A stretch of DNA of 64,000 nucleotides from assembly GCA_973895155.1 (NCBI GenBank), contig OZ316896.1:10179525-10243524 (forward strand). The letters run 5' to 3'. Position numbers and translations under genes: made by a program. This DNA is from Marsupella aquatica (lineage: Eukaryota; Plantae; Marchantiophyta). Of this stretch, positions 38,824 to 53,334 are shown piece by piece (positions within the stretch are counted from its first letter, which is position 1; each line of letters opens with the position of its first letter). The notes beneath the pieces were generated by a model that searched no databases, was not told where the DNA came from, and saw only the letters and a program-made list of their open reading frames with translations.

Positions 38824-41765
38824 TTGAGGACCTTATTGAGAATCTATACTAGAATTAAAGATTGAAGTCTACCATGCATGCTGACAAATTCCTAAGAGTG
38901 AAGCCATGCTATGACTTATCTGGCAACATAAAGTTTTGGTACTAAAACTATGCTTGTGAGTAGGAATGAGCGTGGGGAATCTGAATAAAAGATCCCTTAC
39001 TGTGCTTATGCATATATAGTCAGACTATTCAGGATAGGCAAATTTCAGTATACTTGGGAAGAAGCCCAATTCCTCTTCAATCTCCAATTACCCAAATGTG
39101 TATTGGTGATCTGAGATTTTTTCATCCAGCTGAACACGCTAGCTTCATATTAGTGCCTTGAAACTTGAAACATCATCAACTGGACATAATGCAACAAGAC
39201 TCAATGGTCTCACTATTTGAATGCACCTCCCCACCACCTGTGATGGTTTGGACTATTTTTAGATACCCTGATGAACTTACAAGTAAGTGCTACTGACCTC
39301 TTCACTTAATGACACATGACATTTTTGAAATTTTGATCCTTTACTCCCATTTATGTATACTCTATGTACTTCATCAAAATTGAATCAAAAGGCCCTATGA
39401 CCCGTTGCAGGTAATATGAGATATTTTAGAAGTGAGGTTTTCAAGTACCAAGAGGGTCGCTATGTCGTAATAGGCTGGGGTTTAGACCTTGAGCTTTCAC
39501 CACTCCCTGAACTAGAGTAGCTTGTAGCTCCAGGCCTTCTCGAGCAGTATGCACAAAAGAGGTTAGGGATAATTATGGGGAACTAATATCAACCTGTCCC
39601 CAAAATAGATTCTTATTGGCCTTGGGAATTGTAATGTAGCCTAGCCTATTATCTCTATACTACAAAACTTTCGGTCACCAAACCTATCCCTAAAAATTAA
39701 AAAAAATTAAAAATTAAAAAAAATAAACAAATTTGATGAATCGTTTCTAAGAAACTCTCAAAAAGTTTAGTCCTGGTTTTCGACCTTCTCAAACAGGTAC
39801 TGATTCGATCATGAGCACTTTGGTTTCTATTTTTTTTTCATACCTTGATTTTGTAATACCTATATTTAGTTTTACATGTATTTCTCAGAGTTACACATGT
39901 TTTCATAGGACTTTTCAGGTTACTCAGTGAGTGATCATGTGCATTTACTCATTGCTTATGTACCAAAATAGTATATTGTAGCCCTATGCAAAAGCGGTAT
40001 ACCAGAGGAATCCCTGCACGCCCTTTTCAAAGATGGATCAGGAGATGTACACCAATGCTGGCTGAGTGGACGTGTGATAAAATAAATCATACCAATTTGG
40101 ATAGCATGTGGATCTTCTCCTGTAGTAGCTTAGTCCAAAACCACCCTAGTGGTCCATGGTCTCACAAGCGAATTATGTAGGCTGCCTAAAGAGCATTTGG
40201 ATATTCGTTTTCAAATCATTGGTCGCCCACTTTACCATATGATGATATCATTATTACCTAGTTTTCATAAATTCAGAAGCATCTAAGTCAAACGAAGTTA
40301 ATGCTAGTTAAATTATTATATTCAATATTCTCAAAACAAAGAAAATCATACGTTGGCAACTGGCACAAGTTTCAAGTATTTCTAGAAGATAATTTTTTTC
40401 CGACCACTAAGTAACGCTCCATGTTGCAACTATGTTTAATTATGATGGCCCTTATCACTACAGTAGGCAGGTACTGCACAGAATATCTCTGCTTGCCACA
40501 CTAGATCTACCCCAGCCTGGTAAGCTGGTGTTTGTCTTGCTGTGCTTAAGTGACATGTCCTGATAAGTTCATGTTCATATTACTGCCTTAATAGCTAAAT
40601 AGAGGCCACCTCTCCAACTAGATTCACTGTCCATATGCTGCAGCATAGTAGTGCGGCTCGAAGTTCCAAAGAGCACCGTGGTTACTTGTGAGTTACGAGT
40701 TATGGAGACAATCTTTCCAGACTTCAAAATATTCAGTCAATGAAACTCAACCTCAAGGCTCATAACGAGCCTCCATATAAGCTGCACGCTTGCATTCGCA
40801 GCCACCACCAGGCGAGTCCAAGTTTTTTCAAGTGTCAATAGGGTATGAATGAACCATGCTTTTGGGTGAGGTGAATGTTAAAATACTTTTGGAGCTAGCC
40901 CTTTTGGAGCTAGCCTATCGGATTTGAACCTGGAACCTACCCAGCTAGCTACTTCTCCTAAAAACTGAACCTGACACATTCGGCCAGTGGGCAGCACTGA
41001 AGGGCTAATTAAATGTGGTTAGCATTAATTAGTTTCAAGATGAGCTTTTTGTCCTTAAATTTCAAAATCAGTGTTCTGTAACTTTGTCCTTTAGTCAGAC
41101 ATCCTTAAGACACAGACCTAATGAAGCTTCATAGGCTGGGCACTAAGAAAGCACAAATAAATCAAAATTTCACCAAACGACAAGAATATGTTACTATGAC
41201 CAAAACCTGTTTGGTGTATTGTTCAAGGATTGAGAAGCCCTGTCAATTGAGGACAGTTGCATGGGCAAAACTTGGCAAGTGTCACTAACTGCTAAATATA
41301 TTTTCAGTGGTTCAAGCACATGAATGTCAGATTTCAAACTTGGGTTCCTTGTGAGGGATGCACAATGAAGCCAATCCCAGTAAAACCGAGACTAAAACAA
41401 GCCTTAGTCAAACCTCCAGGTAAAAATTGGATGGATAATAGAGATATTTTCAGAAAAAAAAAATTGTTGGTTGAGTTGGGTAAAAAAAAAATACATCTTG
41501 AGTCAAAGTATCATTCACTATGGTTAAGACTTTGTAGCTCTGTAAACCAAAGTAGGGGGAATCATGCTCGAGGGGAAAAAACCATGGATCCAAAATTTTC
41601 ATCTTACTTTGCATGAATTAAGTGGTCAGTAACCCAAGTTGTATGGAGAGTGGCTAACCTGTGTGTAACTCAAGCAGCTTTGAAACTAGATTAAATTTAT
41701 GAGTATCTAAAATATCATTCAAGAAAATGTAGTTTTGACATTTTGAATAGTGTGGATACCTGACT

Positions 41766-42092
41766 CTCAGGGGTCTCACTATATGGAGACCTCCCCATCA
41801 CCTGCAACATTTTTAGGTCGTTGACCCCCTAAAATGTAAGAAAAATATTTATTTTCTAACCCTTGTAAAGTTGGAATATTCCAAAATTTTGATTACAAGG
41901 ATCCTAATGTTCTTATAAGTTTCAAAATTGAATTTTTAAAAAACTTTAATGTTCTTATAAGTTTTAAGATTAAATTTAAAATACTCTATTGTTCTTCTAC
42001 AAAAATTTCTTGTCTTTGCGTAGAACCAATAAAACAACTCTATCCTTTGTCGCACGTGATATGCCATTTTTGTGGAAGTAAAACCCCCCAAG
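41766..42092 (+). mobile_element. MITE family A copy with an internal duplication
   Basis: ctcaggggtctcact ... agtaaaaccccccaag, co-linear with 49996-50284. TSD not recognisable. Confidence 0.8.
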
Positions 42093-44567
42093 TACTGCTC
42101 CAAGATGACAAGCTAGTCCCAGTTAAAGCCTTTACATCAAGAAAAGCTTGAGCCAGAAAACATCATGCAAATATAGTTTATCATCTATGTCCTTGTTCTA
42201 CCATGTTTGCTGGGGATCTCATTGTGCTAATATTTGTGATGAGGACAGACCATCCCTAAAGCCAAGCTTTTCATAAATCAACTTACATAGCCAAGTCAGC
42301 AAACATAGCAAAGAGGATTGATACCTATGTACTTGTTCTACACTGTTTGCTGCCTGAGGAGGATGTTTAAAGAAATGTGTACAATGCCATATCAGGAAAC
42401 TGCATAAATAATGACAGGATTTGTCCACTTTATCTGTGTAAGTGAAGTGCAAGGGTAGTGCTCAGCAACACCACGAAAATAACAGGCATTTTGTGTGGTA
42501 AAAAATAATCGTAATTCATTTATGCACACTAATAACAGAAATAAAAAAGTTTCACTCAATAAATGACTGTGTAGAAAAGATGCTACAATACATGGGAATA
42601 TAAACTCTTTAAATGCCATTCAACTTATATATTTTTGTGGGTCCTGAAAAACTCAATTGGACATGTTTATTATGCAGTGTCAACTAATCCTATATACAAT
42701 AGATTGTAGACAAGTGAAAACCGTGCATAAATGCAAGGTAAGGCCTTCTTCCCGATGTCATGCACTTAGACATCTGCATAAGTACAAGATATGGCCTTCT
42801 TCCAGAGTTCCTGCGCTATTAGACATGCTGGTAGTCCCATAAATATGTTCTTAACATATGTATAACAGAATGGCTCCATCCTGTCTAAGAGGCAACGAAT
42901 GCCAAATGCAAAGTTAACAGGATGTACGAGTACGTACGACCACAGACCTGAAGGTTATGGATATGGAGGATAGAGGTCAAATTCTGTGCTGGAATGGTGA
43001 TCTGCTACCTAGTCTGTTAGTGATGATTTGACTTCAGCAACACAAGATTGGATCTCTAGATTTGTGCATTAATTTGCAGAGAGCGGACCTGCTCTACGCT
43101 CCACGAGTCCAGGAGCTGGGTCGGCTTCAAATCTGGAATTCACGTGCCTGAGTGATTGAAAGTGATGATACTTTGAATTTCTCAAAATACTCGAATCATA
43201 CTCATGATGTGGATTAGTGTTTGACCGTGCCTCGCGCGGACACCACGGGCACCAACCATTCACCAAACTAGTTACTTCTGTAATAGAATAGAATGATGTT
43301 GCACATGTTGATTCGTTCACGATGGCGTAATCGAGGAGGCTGGAATCTGCAGGGAAGACCGGAAGAATGTCTGGCAGGGATCTTGAGTTCTAGACCGGTG
43401 ATACAGGAACTTGCCTGAATCCTTGCTCATCAGTCATCACTCTCCCCGAGCAGAGAGGACTTCGCTGTTCTCGAACTCGAGGTTGTAGAGATTGCGAGGT
43501 TTCGAACATTTAAAGTACATTTTCCCGACTTTGTGGCAAAGTACCTTGTGGAAAAGAAGCTTCTGAGCTTTAGATGTCAGGGAAAAAGAGGATAGGAAGA
43601 CACATTTGTTATAAGTTAGTTTCTACTGTTGAATTTAAGGCTTTAACCTGTCTCTGTAGCGTGCAAAGTCAGCCAGCAAGGTGACAAGTCCCTTAATTTT
43701 CGAGGTCGGCGCTGTAGTCTATGGTGCCGCGCCAGGAAGCTACACGCGCGTGGATCACAACCGCAGAACACTGGCCCGGGGCGCCGCCAGCAGAGGTGCT
43801 TCTTGAGCCTGTATTATTATTATTGTACTCCGGTTGGTGGCGTGGAACGTCCATCTTGTGGACTTGTGGGACCTGCGTCAATCAGTCTTCTCTCGATTGA
43901 AGAAAGTGAGACTGGGTTGACCATGCCTTAGTTATTTATGCTTCCAGGGGTCGGATTGTAACTGTTGTTCCGCGGGGGTAGGGAGTAGTACTGCAAATTG
44001 ATTGACGAAGGTGGAGAGAGAGACTGTCGACGAGATCTTCGGGAGTCTGGAATCATTCCGGCCAAAGGAAAAGTCTGCGAAACTGGCACGACCACTCCTC
44101 GACTTTACAACTCGACTTTACACCAGAGCATCTCGGGACCAGTATGATTGTGACTCCAAGGAGCCACGACAGAAAAGTGGCTGGCTGCATGCAGCCAGCA
44201 AGAAATTCAATCATCCTCAAGTTTTAGCGAAACAGGACTCAAACACAAAAGTTTAAAGCTGGCCAAGCTCGACGAGCAAAGAGAGCATCACATGGGTAAC
44301 CGAGAAGGCAGAAGGCGGAATCGAGAGCGATTGACAGGAATAAGTCCCAACTTCACCCGACAAATGAAGTTCAGCTAGCTAGGGGAAGATATATAATTAT
44401 AACCAAATGCAATTACTTGTATGAGCATCCTGAATGCATCTTTATGTCTAGGGGCTTTGGAGTGGGTAAAGGAGGTTCATGGCCATGCTAGCGATTATAT
44501 ATATATCACAATGCCGGAAAACAGGGAGACGTGATCTTAGAGGGAATAGACCGCATAAAGGATGAAA

Positions 44568-44850
44568 ATATATATATCACAATGCCGGAAAACAAAAACC
44601 CACTGAGGGAAGAGTAAAAAGGGAAAAACACTAAGAAGATCAAAGAGTCAAATAAGCACGTGAGTCTCAAAACCACAGAAAGAGCTACAACCCACAAAGT
44701 AGCAGACTAACTAAAACTCTTCTGGGTAGGAAAAAACTGGAAAGGGGAGATACCTTGTTAGTGATCAACAGCTGAAGAGCATCAACTCGTCTAGAGTGAT
44801 AGCCAGATAGACAAACACTGGCGTTGCCTTGCTGGTTAGGGGCGGATGGA
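44568..44850 (-). mobile_element. Old 3' fragment of a CRE-like non-LTR element
   Basis: The reverse strand reads RQCLSI..ITLDELML../AVDH*, like RQRISV..IPLADLVLTLDVDH*. The tail ends ggcattgtgatatatatat, and the terminal ~25 bp is repeated at about 44497-44523. Confidence 0.5.
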
Positions 44851-46109
44851 ATCTACTGCAGGAGTACGACTACCATTGGGGCTAGAGACTAGTGACCCCA
44901 CCACAACAGAAGGGGAAGTAAAAAAACATGATAATCTCAGCTCAAGAGGGAACTCTAGAAAGCGGATAACTTGGGCGGTGGGGAGCTACTAGACAGATGA
45001 AATCGAAAGCAGAGCTTGAGAACAATTCCATCTGACGGGCCGGGAGATGTGACCGCTTTCCTATTACACTGGGAATGTTTCTGATGTGCGAAACGAGTCT
45101 GGCGGGTGATCAAATTCGAAAGGGGATTCGAGAGATATCCAGACAGACAATGAATAAAGGGATACCAGTAGAGACGTACAATGATTCAGAGCTAAAATAA
45201 CAGAAAAACTATCAGGAGAGGGACAGATTCAACGACAAGGAACAACTTCGTGAATTGGCACTTCGACAGCTACTGTAACGTGGCTGATGTTGGGAATCCA
45301 ACAAACAATTCTCTCGAAATTGCTTCTCGTAATAAGATAGTGTTATAAGCGAGCAAAGCTGCGAGAATGCCGTTTTCGCAGTCAACGATAATTTAATCTC
45401 CATTTTCATGTCCTGTGTTATGCCTAGGTATGAAACACTTGGAAGCAACAGTGAGGAACGGACAAACAGTTTATCAATCGGCACTCTTACAACCTCGCAA
45501 CGAGAGTACGTGGGTGTACGACCATGCAGATTCCATCATCGAAGGGACACACGGTCATACGATTTGTTCTTCCCAGGTATAAGATCTCCAGACACACCGG
45601 ATAATTGAAGCATTGCAATGTGCGCTGCAACAGACTTCTGCGGACTAGTATATATAAATGAGCTTATATATACCTATTACTATAATTGTAGAAACGTATA
45701 TCATTGCGCAAGCAGCATCATTATTACACAAGAGCTGTAGGTTCAATTCTAGAGCACCTTCAATCCACTTCTCTCCTTCGTACGGTAGTTACCTAATGGG
45801 TACGTACGATGGCAGCTCTGAAGTTAGAAAGCACATTCGAACTGAACACGTGCAGTTTTTGAAGGTGGATCAGGTTTTGATGTGCAACTATGGGGCCACT
45901 TTTTTGGCTTCCTTGTGAGCTATGTTTATATCCCCAGTGTCTGAGGGAAAATAGCTTTAACAACGGACGTAGAAGAACACTAATTGAGAATTGGGAATTA
46001 AGATAACAAGTTACTCCTATTTGGTAAATGCACATCCTACATGATCAGCCCAATCATTCTACTATATCATTGAAGGTTGTTCATTTTACATATGAATCGT
46101 TCATTTCTA

Positions 46110-46460
46110 GGTGTGTGGTTGCTGCTTTTGGTTACTGCTTTTTGGTTACTGCTTTTTGATGTGCAATTCAATTGATGTGTAATTATCAATTGAATGGTGT
46201 TCCTTTCACTTAATATGTGGCTACTGCTTTTTGAGGTGCAATTACCATTGAGTGTTTTTTCCTTTTATTTATCTGGCTGCTGCTTTTTCATTTTTGCTTT
46301 TTAGAGGTACAATTACCACTGAGTGTTTTTCCTTTTACTTGTCCGGATGCTACTTATCTGGCTGCTGCTTTTTCATGTGTGCTTTTTGAGGTACAACTAC
46401 CATTGAGTGTTGTTCCTTTTACTTATCTGACTGCTGCCTTTTCATGTGCAATTACCGGGA
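46110..46460. repeat. Degenerate tandem repeats (gctgctttt..caattacca.tgagtgtt..ccttttactt)
   Basis: About 4 diverged units visible. Confidence 0.6.
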
Positions 46461-46640
46461 ATGATGCGAACTCAATCCTACACACCAGGGAAATGGAGAG
46501 GAAGAAGAAGGAAGTCAGTATAGTAGGTGGATTTTCAATTCGGTATAATTTTTACTCCCGTGCCTTATGCTAAGATTCCTGCCATCCACTCTTCAAATAA
46601 GAGTATCAAGTCTTCAAATAAGACTTGATTTTTTTTGTTT

Positions 46641-46823
46641 GTCTTGACAGGAAAAGAGGAAGAATACTCATTAGACTCTCCCCACCCCAATAGTGACATC
46701 AATTCATTGTAGGAAACCCCAGGAGAGAGAGAGTCTTGACAGGAAAGGAGGAAGAATACTCAAACTCTCCCCACCCCAATAGTGACATCAATTCATTGTA
46801 GGAAACCCCAGGAGAGAGAGAGT
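46641..46823. repeat. Tandem duplication of about 90 bp
   Basis: gtcttgacaggaaa..actctccccaccccaatagtgacatcaattcattgtaggaaaccccaggagagagagagt occurs twice. Confidence 0.9.
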
Positions 46824-49800
46824 ATTAAATTAACTAGTGTCACTAAGTGGACAACCAGGGGCCGAGAAGATAATCATAACTCCCGTCCACTACCCACAAA
46901 ACCCATCCCACCCACACACGGATACCTTATACAATCCTGTGTGTGGAGGAGAGATTGAAAGTGGGACCTCTTAGTTCCAGGCCAATCCTTTAGCCTAAGC
47001 CAGTTGGTTTCAAATACAACTTCATTCCAAGAACTAAACCCATATATACTACTATTTGTGGAAACATCTCACTCCACAAAATCGTAATGTTTCACAACGC
47101 CACCTACAGTAGATCGAGTCCAAACCTATAGTTTATATAGTGCCAGTTCACGTAGCAACCATGGGCGCTGCATCTCTCAACAAGGGGAAGGGTCCAATAG
47201 TGAGACTTCTCATCATCACAAAGTTCAATCAGACATGGTCCTGACGTTGCGTATTATAGTGGGCGTTTCAGACCAGAACAAAAACAAATTGCAGTACCTA
47301 GTAAACTTGCAGATGCACAGTAGTATGGTTGGACACCGAACACTTCAAAATGTATACAATTGCGCCCGTCTTATGTATTGGCGCATTCTGCGTTACGTGA
47401 CTCCTCCGGACCCCATGCTGTTGACCAGGCCGGGACTGCTGGTAAAGCCACCACTTGGAAAGCCAGCCTCAGTTCTCGGGTGATGGGAAGCCAAGAAACA
47501 GCAGACTCCTGCCAGGTTTGTACGGGGGTTTGTATCCCAGCAACAAAAATAGATTCTTAAACATGATTGTCATCAGATTTCCTAGGATTGATCATTTCCG
47601 GTGGAGCCAATCCCCAAAACTGACACGACGACCTTAGCTGGCGGCGCATCATAGCCAGCCCAATGAACCAGACTTCGAACAGGTTCCATGTCAGATCTGA
47701 GGCCATCAGGCCAAGACCATTTTCACTGTTGCAGAGTTGAAGAACTACTAATAAAGCTAACCTACCTGTCCCCTAGACGCTCCCTGCAAAACAAGGGAAC
47801 AAACCTTTCGGCGGGGCTTTTGGTAACAACGCTGCCTCAGTCCTCCACCTCCACCCAATCTCCATATCTGTCCAAGATCGATGTTCTTGCCCGGAGATCA
47901 TCACACCCGGATTGTGTGGATGGTTGGGGCGGGTGGGCGCGTGGGGGCGTGGTGGCAGCTAATTAAAGCGCGCTCCACTTCATGGAAAGGAAATAACCTC
48001 CCCAGTCCCCATAGTGACTTAGCCTGCTCGGGAGGACGCTTCTATCAGAACCGAAAAGAAAAACGAAATCATGGGAAACTGATATATCGTTCCTGAGGTG
48101 TCTCTGACCCCAAGAGAACCCTGTGGATGATGGAGACTATCAATCACGTAGGTCAAACAGAACTACAGAAGACAATGGAAAAATGTAAAAGTATTCAAGC
48201 TGGGGGGCAGGGAATTGATAGAGTGCCTACCTAGAGTACGTAGAATGACGCTCTGACGTGGCTGACATCTCACCCAATCGTAGACGGCCCCCGCTGCAGT
48301 AGAAATTCTCAACCTCTCACAAATTAATCGACACAAAATGCAGTCGTGGCGCGAAATATTGCAGGACTTTTAGGGAAATGAGAACCAAGCCTACAGATGA
48401 TTTCATCCACATGCGAGTGAGTCAGATAACTCTAGCAGACGCTTGACGCAGTCCCTGCCCAACGACCTGCAGCGGAGCTTTTCCAAAAACGATGCGGTTA
48501 GGTGCTGTCACAGTTGACATTTCATGGTTACCGTCCGTTCTGCTGTCACAGTTGACATTTACTAATCACCGCCCTGGCTCGTTACTGCAGCGAAGACTGT
48601 CATGGCTGACTCAATTCAAGCCTCACTTCAAGGCTACTCAGTAGTCACCCCCTCGAATCCTCGATAGCACTGCTCTAGTGCTGTGGGTCTACTCCTGCCA
48701 TCCGTGATGCCATCATGAGTGGTGCTACCCACTCACCGGACTTTGGATTTGATTGGATTTCTCTCTGCATCCAATCGCCAAATTGAGGAACGATAATGGT
48801 ACAGTACTGTTCACAAACTGTCAGTCAGCAGCCAGAACCAACAAAGCTAACATAAACATAAAACAAATCACCGATAGCCCAACCAATAATTAGCACTGCG
48901 AGAGCTTAGTCAACATGAAGTTCTACTATAGTGTGGAGTTCGGACGCATGTGTAAATTAAACGCTGTTGAGGTTCAGGCTCAATTCTAAGATCGTGAAGA
49001 TCTTTCCATCCTTGTTAGTTCTCCGTAAGTTAATAATCGTAGTTTGAGTCGAGAAAGTTTGTAGTACCCACAGATTTTCAAAACCAATAGAAACAATGAT
49101 CTTTCAAGGCAAAAAAAAACCAATAGAAACATTTTAGAGAACGGGGCCAAATAGAGTACAAAAGAAGAAACAAAAGGTCCTAAGTGGATAAAAACCAAAG
49201 GCCAAAGAAGCTAGCAATAGTAAACCCCTACAAACAAGGGAAGAGGAACCAAAACTAACATAAATGGACAGAGGTCCTCATCAAACCTAGCAAATGTGAC
49301 AAAAAGCTAATGGTACACATCAAGTGTCAAAACTAAATCGACAAGTGGGACTGGAATGTCCTCTAGGGGGCTAGCCGTTGCGGAGGCACACTAGCACCCA
49401 CTCTGAGAAATTGACGATAGATGGCCCAAACTTGAGTACGTTGTAAGGTGACTGAAATGCGTTGGCAAAAGTGTGTGGTTAAAAGAGATAGCGGGGGACC
49501 GATAGGACCTATCCGACCATGAATATCCTGAGCAAGCTGTCATGGAATCCCATCAAACTGATGATGGAGACACCCAAAGATCTCAAGAGCAAGGGGGAGG
49601 AAGCCATCAGATGAAGCTGGTGGAACATTTTTGGCTTCCTTCATTGTTGTCGCTAGTGATGCTGCTGCCCTGGCTGTTGTTGTCACTGTTGTTGTCACTA
49701 TCCCGATGATGTCTTGGCGCAATGGGTTTGTCACCACTACATTTGCCAAAGTACGTTAATCATCATGGACCATGGTAAGGTCCCAAGGTAAGATGGACCC

Positions 49801-49995
49801 ATAATGCTGTGACGGAGTAGCAAGTAACTCGAGCACCACCTTGCATGTGGACCAAAGAGCCAAAGAGAACCTAAGCAGGTGCATCTCTCATAGAGTCGAC
49901 GTGAACAATAATGGATTTGCCACCCAAATTGCACCAAAGAAGATGGACACATGTGGCATCACAAGGCTTCCCATATCTGCATGAAGTAGGTAAAC

Positions 49996-50284
49996 CTCGG
50001 GGGTCTCACTACATGGGGACCTCCCCATCACCTGCGACGTTTTTAGGCCTTGGACCCCCTAAAATGTAAGAATTTTTTTTAACCCCTATAAAGTTGGAAT
50101 ATTCTTGGAATATTCCAAAAATTGGATTAAAAAGGCCCTAATGTTCTTATAAGTCTCAAAATTGAATTTAAAAGACCCTATTGTTCTTCTACAAAAATTC
50201 TCAAGTCTTCCCTTACAACCAATAAAATGACCCTATCCTTCGTCGCACGTGATATGCCATTTTTGTGGAAGTGAAACCCTCGAG
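49996..50284 (+). mobile_element. MITE family A (289 bp) inserted in CRE copy 2
   Basis: 15-bp TIR ctcgggggtctcact / agtgaaaccctcgag and a perfect 8-bp TSD AGGTAAAC, whose reverse complement is single-copy at the matching site of the intact CRE. Confidence 0.9.
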
Positions 50285-50757
50285 AGGTAAACGTACAAGA
50301 AGTGCCCAATACAAAGATGCATGGCTATCAAGAACTCCTCAAAATTAAGACATCATTCCATAGATGAGGAATGACTAAATTGGCCTAAAGTCAGCCTCCT
50401 ACGCACTTCCCTTTGGAAGAAAGCATCTGAGTTTGATCTGTGTCAGGTGCCTCAGTGAGGATGCTAGAGAGGGTGAAAGCATGGACTTTCTTCTATGACA
50501 CCTTGGACGAGGTGATCTTCATGAGACAACTGCTAGATTTTGTGAAGAGAGCACAACTTGAGGAGTTGGTTTGCAGATTGCTAAAATCTTTGTATGGATT
50601 GAAGTAGTCGCCGAGACAATGGAACAAGCGGTTTGACAATTGGATCCATACACAAGGTTTTCACAGGAGTGTATTTAACCCTTGTGTGTATCCAAAACTA
50701 GTGAAGAATGTTATCTTTGGGTTAATTATTTTAGTGCTTTATGTGGATGACGTGCTT

Positions 50758-51359
50758 CTCAGGGACCTCAATCCAAGGAGTGTCTCATATCACATGCAAA
50801 GTTTTGGGGGAATAAACACCATAAAACTTAAGTCAATAAAGTTTTTTTGAGGAATTTTTTACCCCTAAGTTAATGAAATATTCTTGGAATGTTCACAAAT
50901 TTGATTTTAAAAAAATCTTTGATTCTTATAAGTCTCAAAATTGTATTAAAACAACCCCAATGTTCTTTAACCAAATTTTTAAAGTCTTTCACTCTTGGGG
51001 GTTTCACTTCCACAAAATGGCACATCACGTGCGATGAAGGATATGACCATTTTATTGGTTCAAAGAAAAGACTTAAGAATTTTCTCAAAAGAATAATACG
51101 TTCTTTTGAATCCAATTTTGAGACTTATAAGAACATACACTAGGGCCCTTCTAACCAAATTTTTGGAATATTCTACCTTTACAGGGGTTGAAAAAAATAT
51201 ATTTTTTCTTACATTTTATAGGTTTCGAGGCCTAAAAACATTGCAGGTGATGGGGAGGCCTTCAAATAGTGAGACCCCCAAGCTTTCATTAAACCCAATA
51301 AAAAACCATATATTTATTCTAGTGTGATGGGTTGGAAGGAAAGAAGTGAGGACCTCGGG
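50758..51359. mobile_element. MITE B (related to family A) inserted just after the Copia YVDD motif
   Basis: 8-bp TSD ACGTGCTT/ACATGCTT and imperfect TIR ctcagggacctca / tgaggacctcggg. Removing it restores LYVDD(M)LIAA. Confidence 0.75.
50994..51282 (-). mobile_element. MITE family A (289 bp, inverted) nested in MITE B
   Basis: TIR cttgggggtttcact / agtgagacccccaag and 8-bp TSD CTTTCACT/CTTTCATT. Confidence 0.88.
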
Positions 51360-51472
51360 ACATGCTTATTGCGGCCAAGATAGGTGTGAGATTGTCAAGT
51401 TGAAAGCATTGCTCAATGCAGAGTTTAAGATGAAGGACTTAGGGTCAACTAAGACAATTTTGGGTACGGAGA

Positions 51473-53334
51473 AGTCGCAAAACTCGACTACATTAACACT
51501 TAGCTCCGGCGTTGCTGACTCCGACACCGAGCTCCCTTATGGTCCAGGCCCGGATAGGCCATCCGGGGAGGACTTAGCATGGGGAGACTTGTGGGCAATG
51601 GGACGTGGCATTGGCGAAGGCAAGGCGCCAGGCTGATGTCACGCAATTAGGACTTAGACTAGCTGAGGGCCCTTGGGGAATCACTCATCGGATTCTTAGA
51701 ACCACGTGTGAACAAATAAAAGCTATTTAAAATCCTGTCCAATTAATAATTATAATCACAAATCTGTAATGAAGTGGATTAATTAACTTCTTATCTCATA
51801 TTATTTTTATTTCTATGTAAGGATATTACCACATAGTGTATGTCACGCGTCACCAACGGATTGGTCCATGTGTCACTTGCTTAATAGTGTAGGTCATGTA
51901 TTTGTAGTTTAATTTTTTACAATGGTATTAGTTGTTAACATGGATAGATTTAAAGCAAAAACATGTTTATAGAATAAATCACAATGACCCCTACATATCA
52001 ATAATTTCGCGATACTTTATAAAGACACAAGGGGTTTTACAATGAGTTTCCAAAGTAGTTATGAATGACTCAAGGGTGTTTTTAATATATTAAGAATTAT
52101 TTATATATATTTTTCAAGGGTCTCTTAAATTTACCATATGAAAATTAATGAGGGGTATGTAACATGTAAGTGTTCATAGGGGTGTTAAATAGGAGTTTTA
52201 GCCTAATGATTCCCTAGGGCTGAGGGCTAGTTGGGTTGAGGGGAAAAGGGTCGGGCTCAAGGTCGACCGTTCGGACCCCGGACGAACTTTGATTTATGAG
52301 GGCTTGAGAGAGAGCTCCTCTTGGGCCCAAGGCCAATGGAGTTGAAGCCATGGGCAATGGACGCTTGGGGCACGAGTTATAGCCCGATCCGAGTGGTGAT
52401 GAGATCTGAGGGCCTAGGCATGAGCACTGGGTTGACCCAATCGCAACGGTCTAAGGCACTCTGCTTGTGGACGCCTAACTAAGGGAAAACAAGGGCGGTC
52501 GCGACACTAAGGGAAAATGCCAAACGGAAACGACGATAACTTCCCAACGAGAAGACCGTTGGGGGACTTCTTGGGTGCATTGGAAAGCTCTCGAGGAGGG
52601 CTACATCCTCTTGAGCTCAGATGGGTCTGGGGGCACTGTAGGTTCTCAAGGCTTTCAGGTGCTATCTCGCCCGCTTGCCAAATCCTACCAAAACAGCAGC
52701 CAAGCCGCGTTCAGTTTCTCAAGGGAGCTTGCATTGGGGAGGCAAGGCAAAGTAAGCATGGAGGTTGAGTTCCAAGGGCACTTGGCCCCTAGACCATCAG
52801 TGGGGCAAGAACAAAGAGTTGGTTGCTAAAGTCGGGGCCATCCTAGTCTCGGCGTGTAGGGACAAGCTTGTGACAAGCTTTAGGACAAGCTACGCTATTT
52901 GGGCCATGAGCATGTCTTGGGTGTAGGGCAATCAGTTGGTGATGGATAGGTATGAGGGGGAACCCGAGCTGCACCCAAGGAAGGAGCTATTGTGGACGAA
53001 CAGGGGGCGTCGGTTTGGCTTATGGCATCGGGAGGACCTATCACTGACCTACTTACCAATGTTTGTTGAGCTTGAGTTAGGATGCTAGACCTGAGAGATC
53101 TAGATCCTGAAGGGTTACTTACCGAGATGCTCGGTTGCTTATGCAGACAGTGCAGACCGTTGAGTAGCGGTCGTGTTAGAGGGCAAGTGTAGCTTCGTAT
53201 GGGAGGGGCCGTTGGTCGTGCAAGGAGAACTAGGTTGCTTGATTGAGGTATTTTGTGGAGGTGTTCGGGCACCAGGGGCACTTAGGCGTGGGTGTTGGGA
53301 TTGGCGAGGGTGCTGGGTGGCTAGGTCCACCACT
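51473..53334. mobile_element. GC-rich non-coding insertion with AGT...ACT termini and 5-bp TSD, possibly an atypical solo LTR
   Basis: TSD GGAGA at 51468-51472 and 53335-53339. Removing it restores the Copia RT frame ILGTEMTRDLETG. Confidence 0.75.
51671..52219. mobile_element. AT-rich MITE C (549 bp) nested in the AGT...ACT element
   Basis: TIR ccttggggaatcac / atgattccctaggg and a perfect 8-bp TSD CTGAGGGC. Confidence 0.85.

Noticed and set aside
43225-43260. WCPWC as a thioredoxin active site
   Set aside because: The surrounding sequence lacks the thioredoxin-fold pattern.
40915-47010. tRNA-like B-box fragments at about 40920 and 46955
   Set aside because: No cloverleaf can be formed; at most these are SINE relics, not tRNA genes.
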